From: an uncultured bacterium
Lineage (GTDB): Bacteria > JAGOEH01
Assembly: GCA_964632485.1 (NCBI GenBank)
Contig: CAZWDO010000013.1
Location: 1-64,000 of the forward strand
DNA: 64,000 bases
Direction of reading: 5' to 3'
Part shown: positions 18,753 to 28,709 of the stretch, one piece after another
Numbering within the stretch: position 1 is the stretch's first letter
Layout of the letters: each line of letters starts with the position of its first letter
Notes under the pieces: model-generated
Told to the model about the DNA's origin: nothing
What the model saw: only the letters and a program-made list of their open reading frames with translations
Databases searched by the model: none
Translations under genes and position numbers: made by a program

Positions 18753-19042
18753 AATCCGATTTTTGGATCTTTCTTAAATAGTTTTATCTCGCCGAATTGG
18801 TCTTCATATTGTTTAATATTGTCGCCTAAGATATTGTAAAAATTTTTAGTATTCTGAGGGTTCAATATGACCCGGGCGTAAACCTTCCCTTTGGGGAGGC
18901 CAGGCATAATTCGAATGAAATCCAGCAGAAATTCTGAATTGTTATGTCCGACCGCAACCATATTGGCATAGATGCCTTCTGCTTCCTTTTCCTGAATTTC
19001 AATATTTATTTGCTGGGGTTGGGGGGTGTGAGTGGTTTCCAT
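18749..19042 (-). CDS. DUF3467 family protein
   Basis: INIE...AEGIYAN...H...EF.LDF...PG.PK..V..RVI..P...YE..FGEI. Confidence 0.88.
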   Translation of the reverse strand: METTHTPQPQQINIEIQEKEAEGIYANMVAVGHNNSEFLLDFIRIMPGLPKGKVYARVILNPQNTKNFYNILGDNIKQYEDQFGEIKLFKKDPKIGF

Positions 19043-19076
19043 TGAGACTCCTTGGCATCGGGTGAAAATTTTGGGT

Positions 19077-19787
19077 TTATTGTGATTGGATTTTATGGGT
19101 CTTGATGCGATACGGCGATTTTTGAATATGGTCTTTTATCATGAACATCCCACCAATCCAAAGCGCGATGAGGAAACAGAGGGCATATAGGGTGGGGTAG
19201 GTAATAGAAATGGTAAAGATAGCATTATAAAAAAAATGGATCAGCATGGCGCATAAAAATCCGACGACCAACCAGAGAATCTCCCGCGACTTCCTTGTCT
19301 GGAAGTGGGCCATTCCCAAAAAATAACCCGCGTAAACCATTGTCAGCACGTGGGTGGGTAAGGCCAACAAGGTGCGGGAAAACATGATATCGACTCCTTC
19401 GCTCATAAAATAGATGACATTTTCTAAAAATGCCAATCCCAGCGCGCCAGATACGCTATAAATAATACCATCATAGGGTTCTTCAAATATGTCAGAATGA
19501 TAGACCCAGATAAAAACTGGCAGCAGTTTGATGAGTTCTTCGGTAAACGAAACACTGAAGAAGAGAAACCCTAACCGATGGTGAAGCGATTCCGCATAGA
19601 GATGCAGAACCGTATAGCGGGAAATCTGTGTCTCCAGCAACATAGCCACAAATCCCAATAAAAAAGCGGTCCAGAAAATGGTATACATCCGGTCGATTGG
19701 AATGCGTTTATAAACATGGCGTTGGTAAAAATACCAGAGCAAGAATAAAACGGGACTGCTGGAGAGTATCAAAATATCGAAAATCAT
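19077..19787 (-). CDS. prsW: PrsW family intramembrane glutamic protease
   Basis: EELIK, DGIIY, ENVIY and conserved His motifs; multiple TM segments. Confidence 0.88.
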   Translation of the reverse strand: MIFDILILSSSPVLFLLWYFYQRHVYKRIPIDRMYTIFWTAFLLGFVAMLLETQISRYTVLHLYAESLHHRLGFLFFSVSFTEELIKLLPVFIWVYHSDIFEEPYDGIIYSVSGALGLAFLENVIYFMSEGVDIMFSRTLLALPTHVLTMVYAGYFLGMAHFQTRKSREILWLVVGFLCAMLIHFFYNAIFTISITYPTLYALCFLIALWIGGMFMIKDHIQKSPYRIKTHKIQSQ

Positions 19788-20899
19788 TCGTTTTTGCTTT
19801 GGATATGGGATAAATATTGGCGGGCGTCATTTAAAAATTCCTGCGGCGCTGCGGGCTGCGGATCATCGAGATAGAGCTGAAAATATTCACCGGCCCTGCT
19901 GAACATTTTGCGATTCAGATAAGTGTAGCCGATAAAAAAGTTGATTGCGTGATTGGACGACTGCATTTTTTTCAGGGTAAACAGGTCTTCCAAAATATAA
20001 TAATAGGTGTTTTCACCCAGTTGGTCCCGATTCAATCGTTGATAACTTTCGTAGGCATCCCAATAATTTTCCATGGCGAGATAGGAGATGGCGATATTGA
20101 AATGGGGAACCCAGTTGGTAGTATCGAGCTCTCTGGCTTTTTTGTTGTATTCCAGGCATTTTTCGAATTCCTGCTTTAAAAAATGATTCCACCCCAAATT
20201 GATATAAAAACCGGAATTGTCGGGAATCAATTTCATCGATTGAGTAAAATAAAATTCGGCCTGGTCCAGTCGTAATTGTTCATGCTCCACATATCCCAGG
20301 TTCTGATAGAATAGAGCTTTCAGTTGAGTGTCTCGCGCGAGTTCAAGCCCCTGGTTGAGTACCTGGATAGAAGTTTTATAGTCTTTATAGCGATAAGCGC
20401 TGATGCCAACTAATAAGAAATAAACGGCATCGTCCTCTGAGCGGTTAAACTCGGAACTGCTTTGATATTGGTTCAACCAATCGTCAAATTGGCGTTGGTT
20501 TTTTTGTTTCGCGTTTTTCATGATATTCTCTAAACTGTCCTGAAAGTTTTCTAAATTGACATTGGGGTTCCAGGGGAGTTTGCCGCCAATCTTTCTCAGA
20601 AATCGTCCGATCTGTTTCTGCTGGTCCTCACTATAATTTGGCTGCCACCAATAGCGCTTGCCGGATTTTTCCCCTTTAAGCTCCGGACGTTTGCGATAAT
20701 CGTTGGTGAAATAACCCAGCGCTTTTTTCCAAAAAGGAATTTGAGTTGGTTCCTGCATGAATTTTCCATCTCCCATCATCTCCTGGTGGAAAATGAATTT
20801 CCGGGCCCAAAGCTGATCATCCCAGAATATCCGAATAATCGCGCTGTAGTAAACAAGGCAAACGACGAAGATGATGAGTAAAATCTTAATGCGGCTCAT
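19784..20899 (-). CDS. Membrane-anchored TPR protein
   Basis: N-terminal TM; NLG-containing TPR repeats. Confidence 0.8.
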   Translation of the reverse strand: MSRIKILLIIFVVCLVYYSAIIRIFWDDQLWARKFIFHQEMMGDGKFMQEPTQIPFWKKALGYFTNDYRKRPELKGEKSGKRYWWQPNYSEDQQKQIGRFLRKIGGKLPWNPNVNLENFQDSLENIMKNAKQKNQRQFDDWLNQYQSSSEFNRSEDDAVYFLLVGISAYRYKDYKTSIQVLNQGLELARDTQLKALFYQNLGYVEHEQLRLDQAEFYFTQSMKLIPDNSGFYINLGWNHFLKQEFEKCLEYNKKARELDTTNWVPHFNIAISYLAMENYWDAYESYQRLNRDQLGENTYYYILEDLFTLKKMQSSNHAINFFIGYTYLNRKMFSRAGEYFQLYLDDPQPAAPQEFLNDARQYLSHIQSKNE

Positions 20900-20908
20900 A
20901 AATCTTTC

Positions 20909-21562
20909 TTACTGCGGCAACAAAGCATTGACAATGCTGTTTCCGCGCGTGAAATAATATGAAATTGGAGCATCATGCTCTACCGGAGTCCAACCGACAT
21001 CATACTTTTTTTCCTGCAGCCAGTTTTTAAACTTGATAAAAGTCTCAAAACTATCTTGCCGTACAAAACAAAAAATGTAAAACTGGTCAGAACTATAATG
21101 CTCCAGAAAAAAGTTTGTACGCGAAGCTGTACCAAACGCTTCGGATAGTGTCTCTCCTTGTAATTTAAGGGGACGCAGGGTAATCGAGTATTCCGGTTCA
21201 TCGGAAAAAAGCTCGAATTCGACAATATATCCATCCATCTCCAATGTTTGTCGGACGCTTTCCGGGTCTTTATTTTGTAAAAGGGCTTTAAAAATTTCCT
21301 GTTCGTCAACCGGGAATATCCGGTTGCCGTCGCAGATGACAATCAGCGATTTTTTATCGCTGTAAAACCGCCAGGGAATTTTAACAACCTGATAGCGCTG
21401 GTGTTTCGAGCTCTGGATTTGGTTGAACAACTGGTTGTTTTTTATGGATATCAATGCAATGACAACGGTGAATATAATCAAAATTCCAACATTGTTGGAA
21501 ACTATATCGGTCAAACTATCAAAGTTAAAGGCAATGGTTCGTTTATCGGTATTAGTTCGCAT
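20909..21562 (-). CDS. Single-TM protein with divergent ExbD/TolR-like N-terminus
   Basis: FDSLTDIVSNNVGILII TM with Asp; C-terminal VGWTP. Confidence 0.6.
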   Translation of the reverse strand: MRTNTDKRTIAFNFDSLTDIVSNNVGILIIFTVVIALISIKNNQLFNQIQSSKHQRYQVVKIPWRFYSDKKSLIVICDGNRIFPVDEQEIFKALLQNKDPESVRQTLEMDGYIVEFELFSDEPEYSITLRPLKLQGETLSEAFGTASRTNFFLEHYSSDQFYIFCFVRQDSFETFIKFKNWLQEKKYDVGWTPVEHDAPISYYFTRGNSIVNALLPQ

Positions 21563-22142
21563 GGGATTGCCTGGACTTCAGATCAGCGATTTTCCAATTT
21601 GGCAGCATGGGTTCAACACCAAAATTTAAAGCGGAATATTGTTGAAGGATTTGCCGCGCTTTCTGATACGTTTCGATACCGCCCGCATAGACGGCAAAAA
21701 TAATATACTCCTGATGATCCTGATAGTTTCTATGGTTTTCTATGTTTGTTTCCTGCAGTTTATATAAATAGGATAAAAATACAAAATACCCCCACTCCTC
21801 TGAAAATGGAATTTCAAGATTGTCATCTATCAGGGTGAGGCCCTCATTCCTGCATAAAATATAATGAGGATAAAGGCTTGCCGGCTTACCGATCAACTGA
21901 AATTCCACTAACACGGTATCACTGGCTGAATCCGCTGGATTCGTCATGGAATTCGCTTCGATCATTGTTTTTTCGGGCGCAGAAAAAAGGAGCGAGAGTC
22001 CGATAAATGCCAATATTCCCATGGTAGCTAACAAGATCGTCAAAAAAGGAAATAAACTGACGGTTGAACGAACTCTGCGTTTTTTAATTGAAAACTCCTC
22101 TGTTTTTTGGGGCTTTATCACCCTGCAGCGGCTGCTCCCCAT
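21552..22142 (-). CDS. Single-TM protein with divergent ExbD-like N-terminus (start uncertain, possibly ATT at 22088)
   Basis: KKRR..VSLFPFL.ILLATMG.L TM; C-terminal FGVEP...W. Confidence 0.6.
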   Translation of the reverse strand: MGSSRCRVIKPQKTEEFSIKKRRVRSTVSLFPFLTILLATMGILAFIGLSLLFSAPEKTMIEANSMTNPADSASDTVLVEFQLIGKPASLYPHYILCRNEGLTLIDDNLEIPFSEEWGYFVFLSYLYKLQETNIENHRNYQDHQEYIIFAVYAGGIETYQKARQILQQYSALNFGVEPMLPNWKIADLKSRQSHAN

Positions 22143-22454
22143 TCATATAGATACCTGCGGCTGCATTCGAATCACTTGCCCTAACAGGTTAAAAACGGCT
22201 ACTTTTGAAGGGTTAAGATAATAAAAAAAATGTAAAAAGTCAAGAGCGGAAAAAAACACTTGCAAAAACATTGATTTGACCCTATTATTCAAATTAGAAG
22301 CTGGATTTTACCGATCCACGCTTCCGGCATGATTTCGGAATCGCAATTGTGATTTTCTGCAGATGGGAGTTGTGTCCCCCTGGGGGTGTTGAATTTGTGA
22401 ACAGGCTCTGTTAAGTGTCAGTATATGGTATGATTAATCTCAAAGGAGTGTTTT

Positions 22455-23720
22455 ATGTTAAATTTTTCAAGCGATGAGCTTCTAAAAATTCGTATGGATG
22501 TCATCGAGCGTTTTGTTCGTTATGTGAAGGTTCATACGACCTCAAGCGAAACGAGTGAGAGTTTTCCCTCAACCGCTACCCAGTTTGATTTGGCCAATCT
22601 GGTTGCTGAAGAGCTTCGACAGATTGGTCTGACTGAGATTGAAGTTGATAAGAATTGTTATGTATATGGGGTATTACCCGCGACGGTTGCGGTGAGTGGA
22701 ATCCCGCTCAGTTTTTGCGCGCATTTGGACACTTCCCCCTCGGTTTCAGGAGAGAATGTGCTGCCTGTGTTTCACGAAAAGTATAATGGCGCCAATTTAA
22801 CGTTTCCCCGCAATCCCGAATTGCTATTAACGCCTGAAGAATGTCCTGAATTGAAACACTTTATCGGTGATACAATTATTACTTCTGCCGGAGACACCTT
22901 GCTGGGCGCCGATGACAAGGCGGGTATTGCTGAAATTATTGCCGGATTGGATTATTTAGTGGCGCATCCTGAGATCGCGCATCCGGAAATCCGAATTTGC
23001 ATCACACCCGATGAAGAACTTGGCCAAGGAACTCGCTACATCCACATGGAAAAATTGGGGAAAGTCTGCTACACTTTTGATGGCGGCTTGATGGGTGAAC
23101 TGGAAAGCGAGTGTTTCGATGCCTGGTACGCTTCTGTCAAATTCAAAGGCCATAATGTGCATCCTGGTGAAGCTAAAAACAAGATGATCAATGCGGGAGC
23201 GATTGCCGGCCGATTTCTTTCCATGCTGCCCGAATGGGAAACCCCGGAGCATACCGAGCTGAAGGAAGGATATATCCACCTGACCCATATTGAAGGTGAT
23301 GAAAGCTCAGCGGAACTTCAATTCATTATCCGCGATTTTGTCAATGAAAAAAATCGTAAGCGGATTGAAATGCTTGAACAGTTGAAGACATTTCTACTGG
23401 CAAAATATCCGGGCCTGCAGATCGATATCCAAACCCGGGAACAGTATCGAAATATGTTGGAAGTTTTAAAAAATTATCCATTGGTAACCGAAGTCGCGCA
23501 GTTTGCGATCGAAGGCTCGGATATTCCGGTCATACATAAAGCCATCCGCGGGGGAACCGATGGCGCGCGTCTTTCCTTTATGGGGATTCCGACTCCGAAT
23601 ATTTTTACCGGTGGGCTGCTTTTTCATTCGAATAAAGAGTGGATTCCCGTCAGCGCCATGGTGAAAGCCGTCGAAGTAATGGTGCGCATCTCAAATGAGT
23701 GGGCTAATCGCTCTCTTTAA
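22455..23720 (+). CDS. pepT: Peptidase T (tripeptide aminopeptidase, M20B)
   Basis: AHLDT, TLLGADDKAG, TPDEE, HPG.AKNKM, IRGGTDGA, FHS..E. Confidence 0.95.
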   Translation: MLNFSSDELLKIRMDVIERFVRYVKVHTTSSETSESFPSTATQFDLANLVAEELRQIGLTEIEVDKNCYVYGVLPATVAVSGIPLSFCAHLDTSPSVSGENVLPVFHEKYNGANLTFPRNPELLLTPEECPELKHFIGDTIITSAGDTLLGADDKAGIAEIIAGLDYLVAHPEIAHPEIRICITPDEELGQGTRYIHMEKLGKVCYTFDGGLMGELESECFDAWYASVKFKGHNVHPGEAKNKMINAGAIAGRFLSMLPEWETPEHTELKEGYIHLTHIEGDESSAELQFIIRDFVNEKNRKRIEMLEQLKTFLLAKYPGLQIDIQTREQYRNMLEVLKNYPLVTEVAQFAIEGSDIPVIHKAIRGGTDGARLSFMGIPTPNIFTGGLLFHSNKEWIPVSAMVKAVEVMVRISNEWANRSL

Positions 23721-23749
23721 TCTTGATTTTGCTTTTCAGTAAATCAGGA
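23721..23749. terminator. Possible hairpin between convergent pepT and the PP2C gene
   Basis: tcttgattt...aaatcagga imperfect stem. Confidence 0.3.
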
Positions 23750-23761
23750 AGGCCTTATTTT

Positions 23762-24925
23762 CTAACCGAAATATTTCAATGTCAGCGCAGTGATGTCGTC
23801 GGATTGTTCCACTCCGGCGGCATGTTCCTTGACCGTTCGTACGATCCGTTCGGTTATGGTTTTCGGCAGTTCCATTCCCAATTTTCCCAATTCAATGGCT
23901 AATCGTTGTTCGGTATATTGATCATCAGTTGCATTCATTGCTTCAGTCACCCCGTCAGTGTACAGGAACAGAGTATCATTGGGTTTAAGTTGAGTAGTAT
24001 GGCTTTGGAAGACAAAATCTTCAAATACTCCCAAGGCAATACCCCCTTTGATTGAAAGCGGCGTAACTTGTCCGTCCGGTGTAATGATAAAGGGCGGGTT
24101 ATGGCCGGCATTCGTATAAATCAGTTCTCCGCTGACGGTATCGAGAATGCCGTAGAAAAGGGTCACAAACATGGTATTGACGTTTTCCTGCGACAGGAGG
24201 GTATTCGTTCGGATGACACACTCATTGGTTGAAAACTGATTGACGGCGTTCGCGCGCATCAGGGTACGGCAGATCGCCATAAAAATCGCGGCAGGAATCC
24301 CTTTTCCGGAAACATCGGCGATGACCACTCCGATATGAGTGGGATCGACTAAAAAAAAGTCGTAAAAATCACCGCCCACCGATTTCGCGGCATCCATAAT
24401 CGCATAGATATCAAAATCGCTGCGATCCGGGAAGGGCGGAAATATTTTTGGCAATATAGATTGCTGCAATTCTCTTGCGACCGAAAGATCCTGCTGGATG
24501 GCAACTAAATGGTCATGTTCGTCCAACATGGAGCGCTGTTGCGCGACATGCTCAATCGTTTTATTGAGGGTGAGTTCTAAATCTTCAAAGCTAATGGGTT
24601 TGGTTACAAAATCAAACGCGCCGCGATTCATTGCTGCCCGTAAATTGTCCATGTCGCCATAGGCTGAAACCATCAACACTTTTAAATCGGTGCGGTCAAG
24701 TTTTTTGATTTTTTCAAGCATGGTCAAGCCATCCATTTCCGGCATATTGATATCGGAGAGCACGACCCCAATTTCCGCAACTTCGCTCAACATATTCAAC
24801 GCTTCCTGAGCGCTGTGAGCGAATACGAAATCAAAAATCCCTTTGCGAATCTGACGTCTGAAATTCATCCGAATTAACGCTTCCATATCCTGTTCATCAT
24901 CAACCGATAGAATGCGGATGCTCAT
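23762..24925 (-). CDS. Response regulator-PP2C/SpoIIE phosphatase (RsbU/RsbP-like)
   Basis: REC (VDDE, SDINMP, TKP); VGGDFYD, IADVSGKG, NAGH, YTDGVTE, SDDIT. Confidence 0.93.
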   Translation of the reverse strand: MSIRILSVDDEQDMEALIRMNFRRQIRKGIFDFVFAHSAQEALNMLSEVAEIGVVLSDINMPEMDGLTMLEKIKKLDRTDLKVLMVSAYGDMDNLRAAMNRGAFDFVTKPISFEDLELTLNKTIEHVAQQRSMLDEHDHLVAIQQDLSVARELQQSILPKIFPPFPDRSDFDIYAIMDAAKSVGGDFYDFFLVDPTHIGVVIADVSGKGIPAAIFMAICRTLMRANAVNQFSTNECVIRTNTLLSQENVNTMFVTLFYGILDTVSGELIYTNAGHNPPFIITPDGQVTPLSIKGGIALGVFEDFVFQSHTTQLKPNDTLFLYTDGVTEAMNATDDQYTEQRLAIELGKLGMELPKTITERIVRTVKEHAAGVEQSDDITALTLKYFG

Positions 24926-24950
24926 CTATAGTCTCCTTTTTGCTTATTAT

Positions 24951-27900
24951 TTAAATCTCTTCCGGGATGGTCAGAATAAATTCAGTCCATTCACCTTCCG
25001 CGGATGATACTTCCATCTTTCCTTTATGGAGTTGGGTAACAATATCATAACTCATGGAAAGCCCCAATCCGGTACCTTTGCCTGTTGGTTTAGTGGTATA
25101 GAATGGTTGAAAAATCTTTTCCCGTACAGATGGAGGCATGCCGGTTCCATTGTCACGAATCCGAATTTCCACAAAGTGTTCAATTTTATGCGTTGATAGT
25201 GTTATTTCCGGGCTAAACTCATTGCCGCTATCGGTGAGGTTTTGTTTTTTTTCATTGATGGCATAGCAGGCATTATTGACGATATTTAGGATTACGCGAC
25301 TGAAATCCTGGGGTACGATACGAATTTTCCCGACATTGGGGTCGAGATCGAATTTAAGGGACACGGTAAAATCCTTGTTATTTGCCCGTGTGCCATGGTA
25401 AGCCAGCGTGGCGTATTCCGAGACCATATTGTTGATTTCATACATCTGAAATTCAGAGGTTTTTCCCCGGGCATGCATCAACATTCCTTTGACGATTCCC
25501 TCGGCGCGCTTGCCATGGTCTTTGATTCGGGTTAGATTGTCTTTGATCATTTCCGCAAGGTCAAGTATTTCATCATAATCATCTTCCTGAAGCAATGTTT
25601 TAAATTTCTCAACATATTCCAATAGCTCGTTGGCCAGGTCAATACTTGGGCCAGAGAAATTGTTGACAAAATTGAGCGGATTTTGGATTTCATGCGCGAT
25701 CCCGGCGGTCAACTGCCCCAATGATGCCAGTTTTTCCGATTGCACCAGTTGCTGCTGAGTTGCCTTCAAATTGTTAAATGTGGCCTGTAAATCTTCCAAT
25801 ATTTTTGTCTTAATGAAGGCGGCGATAATATGTTCCTTCAGATTTTTTAACAAACTCAGGTCACGAAGGCTAAAAGCGTCCTTGCGGCTTAAGTTTTCCA
25901 GGATTAAAAACCCTTCCACTTTTTTTTCGATTTTTGCTACAATCACGACAATGGACGATGAATTTTCATAGCCATCGACCAATGGTTCGGAAGTGGCGGT
26001 TGAAAAGTCCCTGTTGATAAAAATATCTTCATACACTTCTTCGCAGTTTTTTAAATAGCGCGCTTCAGTTTCCTCTAATGTCAATTGGATATCTTCAATC
26101 TGGTTCATGTCATAAAGCAGGCTTGATTTATAGCGATAATAATCGCTACCCTTATCAATGACAAGCGCCGTGGCATTATCGACGGCTTTTACGACCTTCA
26201 TTTTCTCTAAAATTGTGTTCAGCAGATTTGTAAAATTAATCTCGGCATTGATTGATTTGACAATGAGATTAATCTTTTCGAGTTCACTGTTCTTGGATGC
26301 CAGTTCACTTGATTGTTTTTCCAGTTCCTCTTTTTGTTGGACAACTTCTGCCGTTCGATCATGAATAATATTTTCCAGTTCCTTTTTTTCTTTCATCAGT
26401 TTGATGGAGCGCAAACGGATCAATCCGGCAATAGTCAATCCGGCAAGGATTATGTATAGAAAATAGGCCCACCAGGTTCGGTACCAGGGAGGAGTGATGG
26501 TGAACTCGAATTTAACGCTTTCAAATTCAGTTTGATAAATATTTTTAGATTTAACGCGAAATCCATATTTCCCCGGGGGAAGGTTGGTATACTCCTTGGC
26601 GGATGTATTGGTCCAGTTGGACCATACTTTATCAAACCCTTCGAGGTAGTATTGAAAAAGTAATTCGCCTTTGACGTCATAACTGGTGGCGCTGTATTCA
26701 AAGAGAATCGTATTGTCGGAATAGGAGAGAGTTAATGGTTGGTTCTCGTCCGGGGTTTGATTTCCCTCAAACAGTGAAGAATCGTGGCGGATCATCACCC
26801 TACGGATCAGAACGTAAAACGGTTTGCTATAGGGGAATTCGATGGTGGGATTATAAACAAGAATGCCATCGGGGCCCCCGAACCACACTTGGCCACGGAG
26901 GTGGCGCCAAATCGACCAGACGACGAATTCTCGGTGCGGCAAAAAAGGAGTTTGAAATTTTTCATATTCGCCGTCTTTTTGTTTTTTGTACATCGTTATA
27001 TTGGTTTCATCGCCCAGAGTTGTCCAGATGTTCCCCTGTGGGTCTTCGACCATTCGGTAAAGCCATAATTCATGATTCAGTGAATCAAGTTCCAGAAAAT
27101 CATCCTTAATAAAATGATTCTCTTTTTCGTTCCAGTGGAAAATTCCGGTCTTAGCAGTTATCCATATTCCGCTGGCTAATGAATGAATGTGATTGCCGAT
27201 CAGGTCGGGGAGTCCGTTCGATGTATCGATGCGGGTCATTTTCATTGACGGGTCTTTGAGGTTAACACGATAGAGTCCATGAGACGGCGAGATCAACCAT
27301 AATCGGCCGCTTTTATCCTCGATTTGCTCTCTGAATTCAATATCTGCCGGTCCGATTCGTTTCGGATTTATTAATGTTGCACCCTCGAATTGCCAACGGT
27401 AAAACCCGTCTAATTGGCTGATATAGAGATAATTGGGCGTTAGTGGCGAATAATGCAGGTTAAGACTGAAGGATTTTGTCATCGGTGTCACTTTTTGATT
27501 TTCAATGAGGAAAACTCCCTGGCTGGTTGCCGCCCAAAGTTTTTGATTGATGTTCAACAATACCCAGCAGGTCGTTTTAATATCCTGCAATTCTTTAAAT
27601 ATAGCTTGTTCCGGGTCATAATAGCTGACGCCCTTATAAGTCGCGCAATAAATGGTCTGGTTATAGCCAATGATTTGTTGAACTCCGCCGTTGATTCCTC
27701 CGCGATCATTAAAATACATAAAAGGGGAAGGGTATTCCATCAAGGCTAAACCATTGTTAAGAGCCAGCCATATTTCATTGTTTTTGCCCGCAAAAATATA
27801 ATTGACATTATCATCGGCTAATCCTACGGATTTGTTGACGGTTTGTAAAATATGGCCGTCCGGCGCCAGAAAGATCACTCCGTTCCGAATGGTGCCGATG

Positions 27901-28700
27901 GCAATATCTCCATTTTCCAATCGCGTTCCACAGAGAAGGATGTTATCCTTAATTATAGCGGAAGATTCAATTTGCCAAGGGGTAATCGATTGTCCCTGCA
28001 ATGTAAAAAAACCCTGGTTACTAGTTCCGATCAATATTTTTTTATCGTTAATCGCGGTCATGAATGCGACGGGAACTGTTTCGGAAAATCGGTCGCCGCC
28101 GGGTACCGGGATAATTCCAGCGCGGGTGAATTCCACCAATCCCCTGGTTTTTAGCAATAAAAAGAGGCGATGATTAGCCGTAAAGCCTTTGATCAGGGGA
28201 TCCGACAAGGAATAGATTGAGAGTGTGTCGTGATGATAGGTAAATATTTTCTTATCGGACAAAAAGAATACGTTTTCATTGATGATTTCAATAGAAACGA
28301 TATCAGAAAAAACCTGGTTGGAATCGGTCAGATCAGCGGAAAGGTTGAAAAAATCCAAATTGCCAAGTGGATCGGATTTGAGGTAACCAAATTCTCCCCG
28401 GGCGCCGGCATAGATTCTTCCGGTTGAATCTGCGCACAATGAAGATATTTTAGTGATATTGGAACTGGGGATAATGCGCCAGGAAATTCCGTCATACTGG
28501 AGGATTCCGGCGAAATTGGCGACATATAGCATTCCTTGTTTATCAATGGCGATATCGAAGTTCTGACCATGGGCGCGGTACTCGCGGGTGCTGAAATTCA
28601 AAATATAGGGCGCCCCCGTTTGAGCATTCAGAAAAGCGTTTTCAAGAGATAAAAAAATCAGAATCGCTAACACTATTTTCTTGCCGGTATTAACTATCAT
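24951..28700 (-). CDS. Sensor histidine kinase: periplasmic beta-propellers + Y_Y_Y, TM, GAF-like, HisKA/HATPase
   Basis: Signal peptide, propeller repeats, KEYTNLPPGKY.F.V, PPWYRTWWAY, AGIAHEIQNPL, DNGTG, GTGLGL. Confidence 0.93.
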   Translation of the reverse strand: MIVNTGKKIVLAILIFLSLENAFLNAQTGAPYILNFSTREYRAHGQNFDIAIDKQGMLYVANFAGILQYDGISWRIIPSSNITKISSLCADSTGRIYAGARGEFGYLKSDPLGNLDFFNLSADLTDSNQVFSDIVSIEIINENVFFLSDKKIFTYHHDTLSIYSLSDPLIKGFTANHRLFLLLKTRGLVEFTRAGIIPVPGGDRFSETVPVAFMTAINDKKILIGTSNQGFFTLQGQSITPWQIESSAIIKDNILLCGTRLENGDIAIGTIRNGVIFLAPDGHILQTVNKSVGLADDNVNYIFAGKNNEIWLALNNGLALMEYPSPFMYFNDRGGINGGVQQIIGYNQTIYCATYKGVSYYDPEQAIFKELQDIKTTCWVLLNINQKLWAATSQGVFLIENQKVTPMTKSFSLNLHYSPLTPNYLYISQLDGFYRWQFEGATLINPKRIGPADIEFREQIEDKSGRLWLISPSHGLYRVNLKDPSMKMTRIDTSNGLPDLIGNHIHSLASGIWITAKTGIFHWNEKENHFIKDDFLELDSLNHELWLYRMVEDPQGNIWTTLGDETNITMYKKQKDGEYEKFQTPFLPHREFVVWSIWRHLRGQVWFGGPDGILVYNPTIEFPYSKPFYVLIRRVMIRHDSSLFEGNQTPDENQPLTLSYSDNTILFEYSATSYDVKGELLFQYYLEGFDKVWSNWTNTSAKEYTNLPPGKYGFRVKSKNIYQTEFESVKFEFTITPPWYRTWWAYFLYIILAGLTIAGLIRLRSIKLMKEKKELENIIHDRTAEVVQQKEELEKQSSELASKNSELEKINLIVKSINAEINFTNLLNTILEKMKVVKAVDNATALVIDKGSDYYRYKSSLLYDMNQIEDIQLTLEETEARYLKNCEEVYEDIFINRDFSTATSEPLVDGYENSSSIVVIVAKIEKKVEGFLILENLSRKDAFSLRDLSLLKNLKEHIIAAFIKTKILEDLQATFNNLKATQQQLVQSEKLASLGQLTAGIAHEIQNPLNFVNNFSGPSIDLANELLEYVEKFKTLLQEDDYDEILDLAEMIKDNLTRIKDHGKRAEGIVKGMLMHARGKTSEFQMYEINNMVSEYATLAYHGTRANNKDFTVSLKFDLDPNVGKIRIVPQDFSRVILNIVNNACYAINEKKQNLTDSGNEFSPEITLSTHKIEHFVEIRIRDNGTGMPPSVREKIFQPFYTTKPTGKGTGLGLSMSYDIVTQLHKGKMEVSSAEGEWTEFILTIPEEI

Positions 28701-28709
28701 ATAAAACTC

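Noticed and set aside
22290-22450. Riboswitch upstream of pepT
   Set aside because: No recognisable aptamer consensus or terminator.
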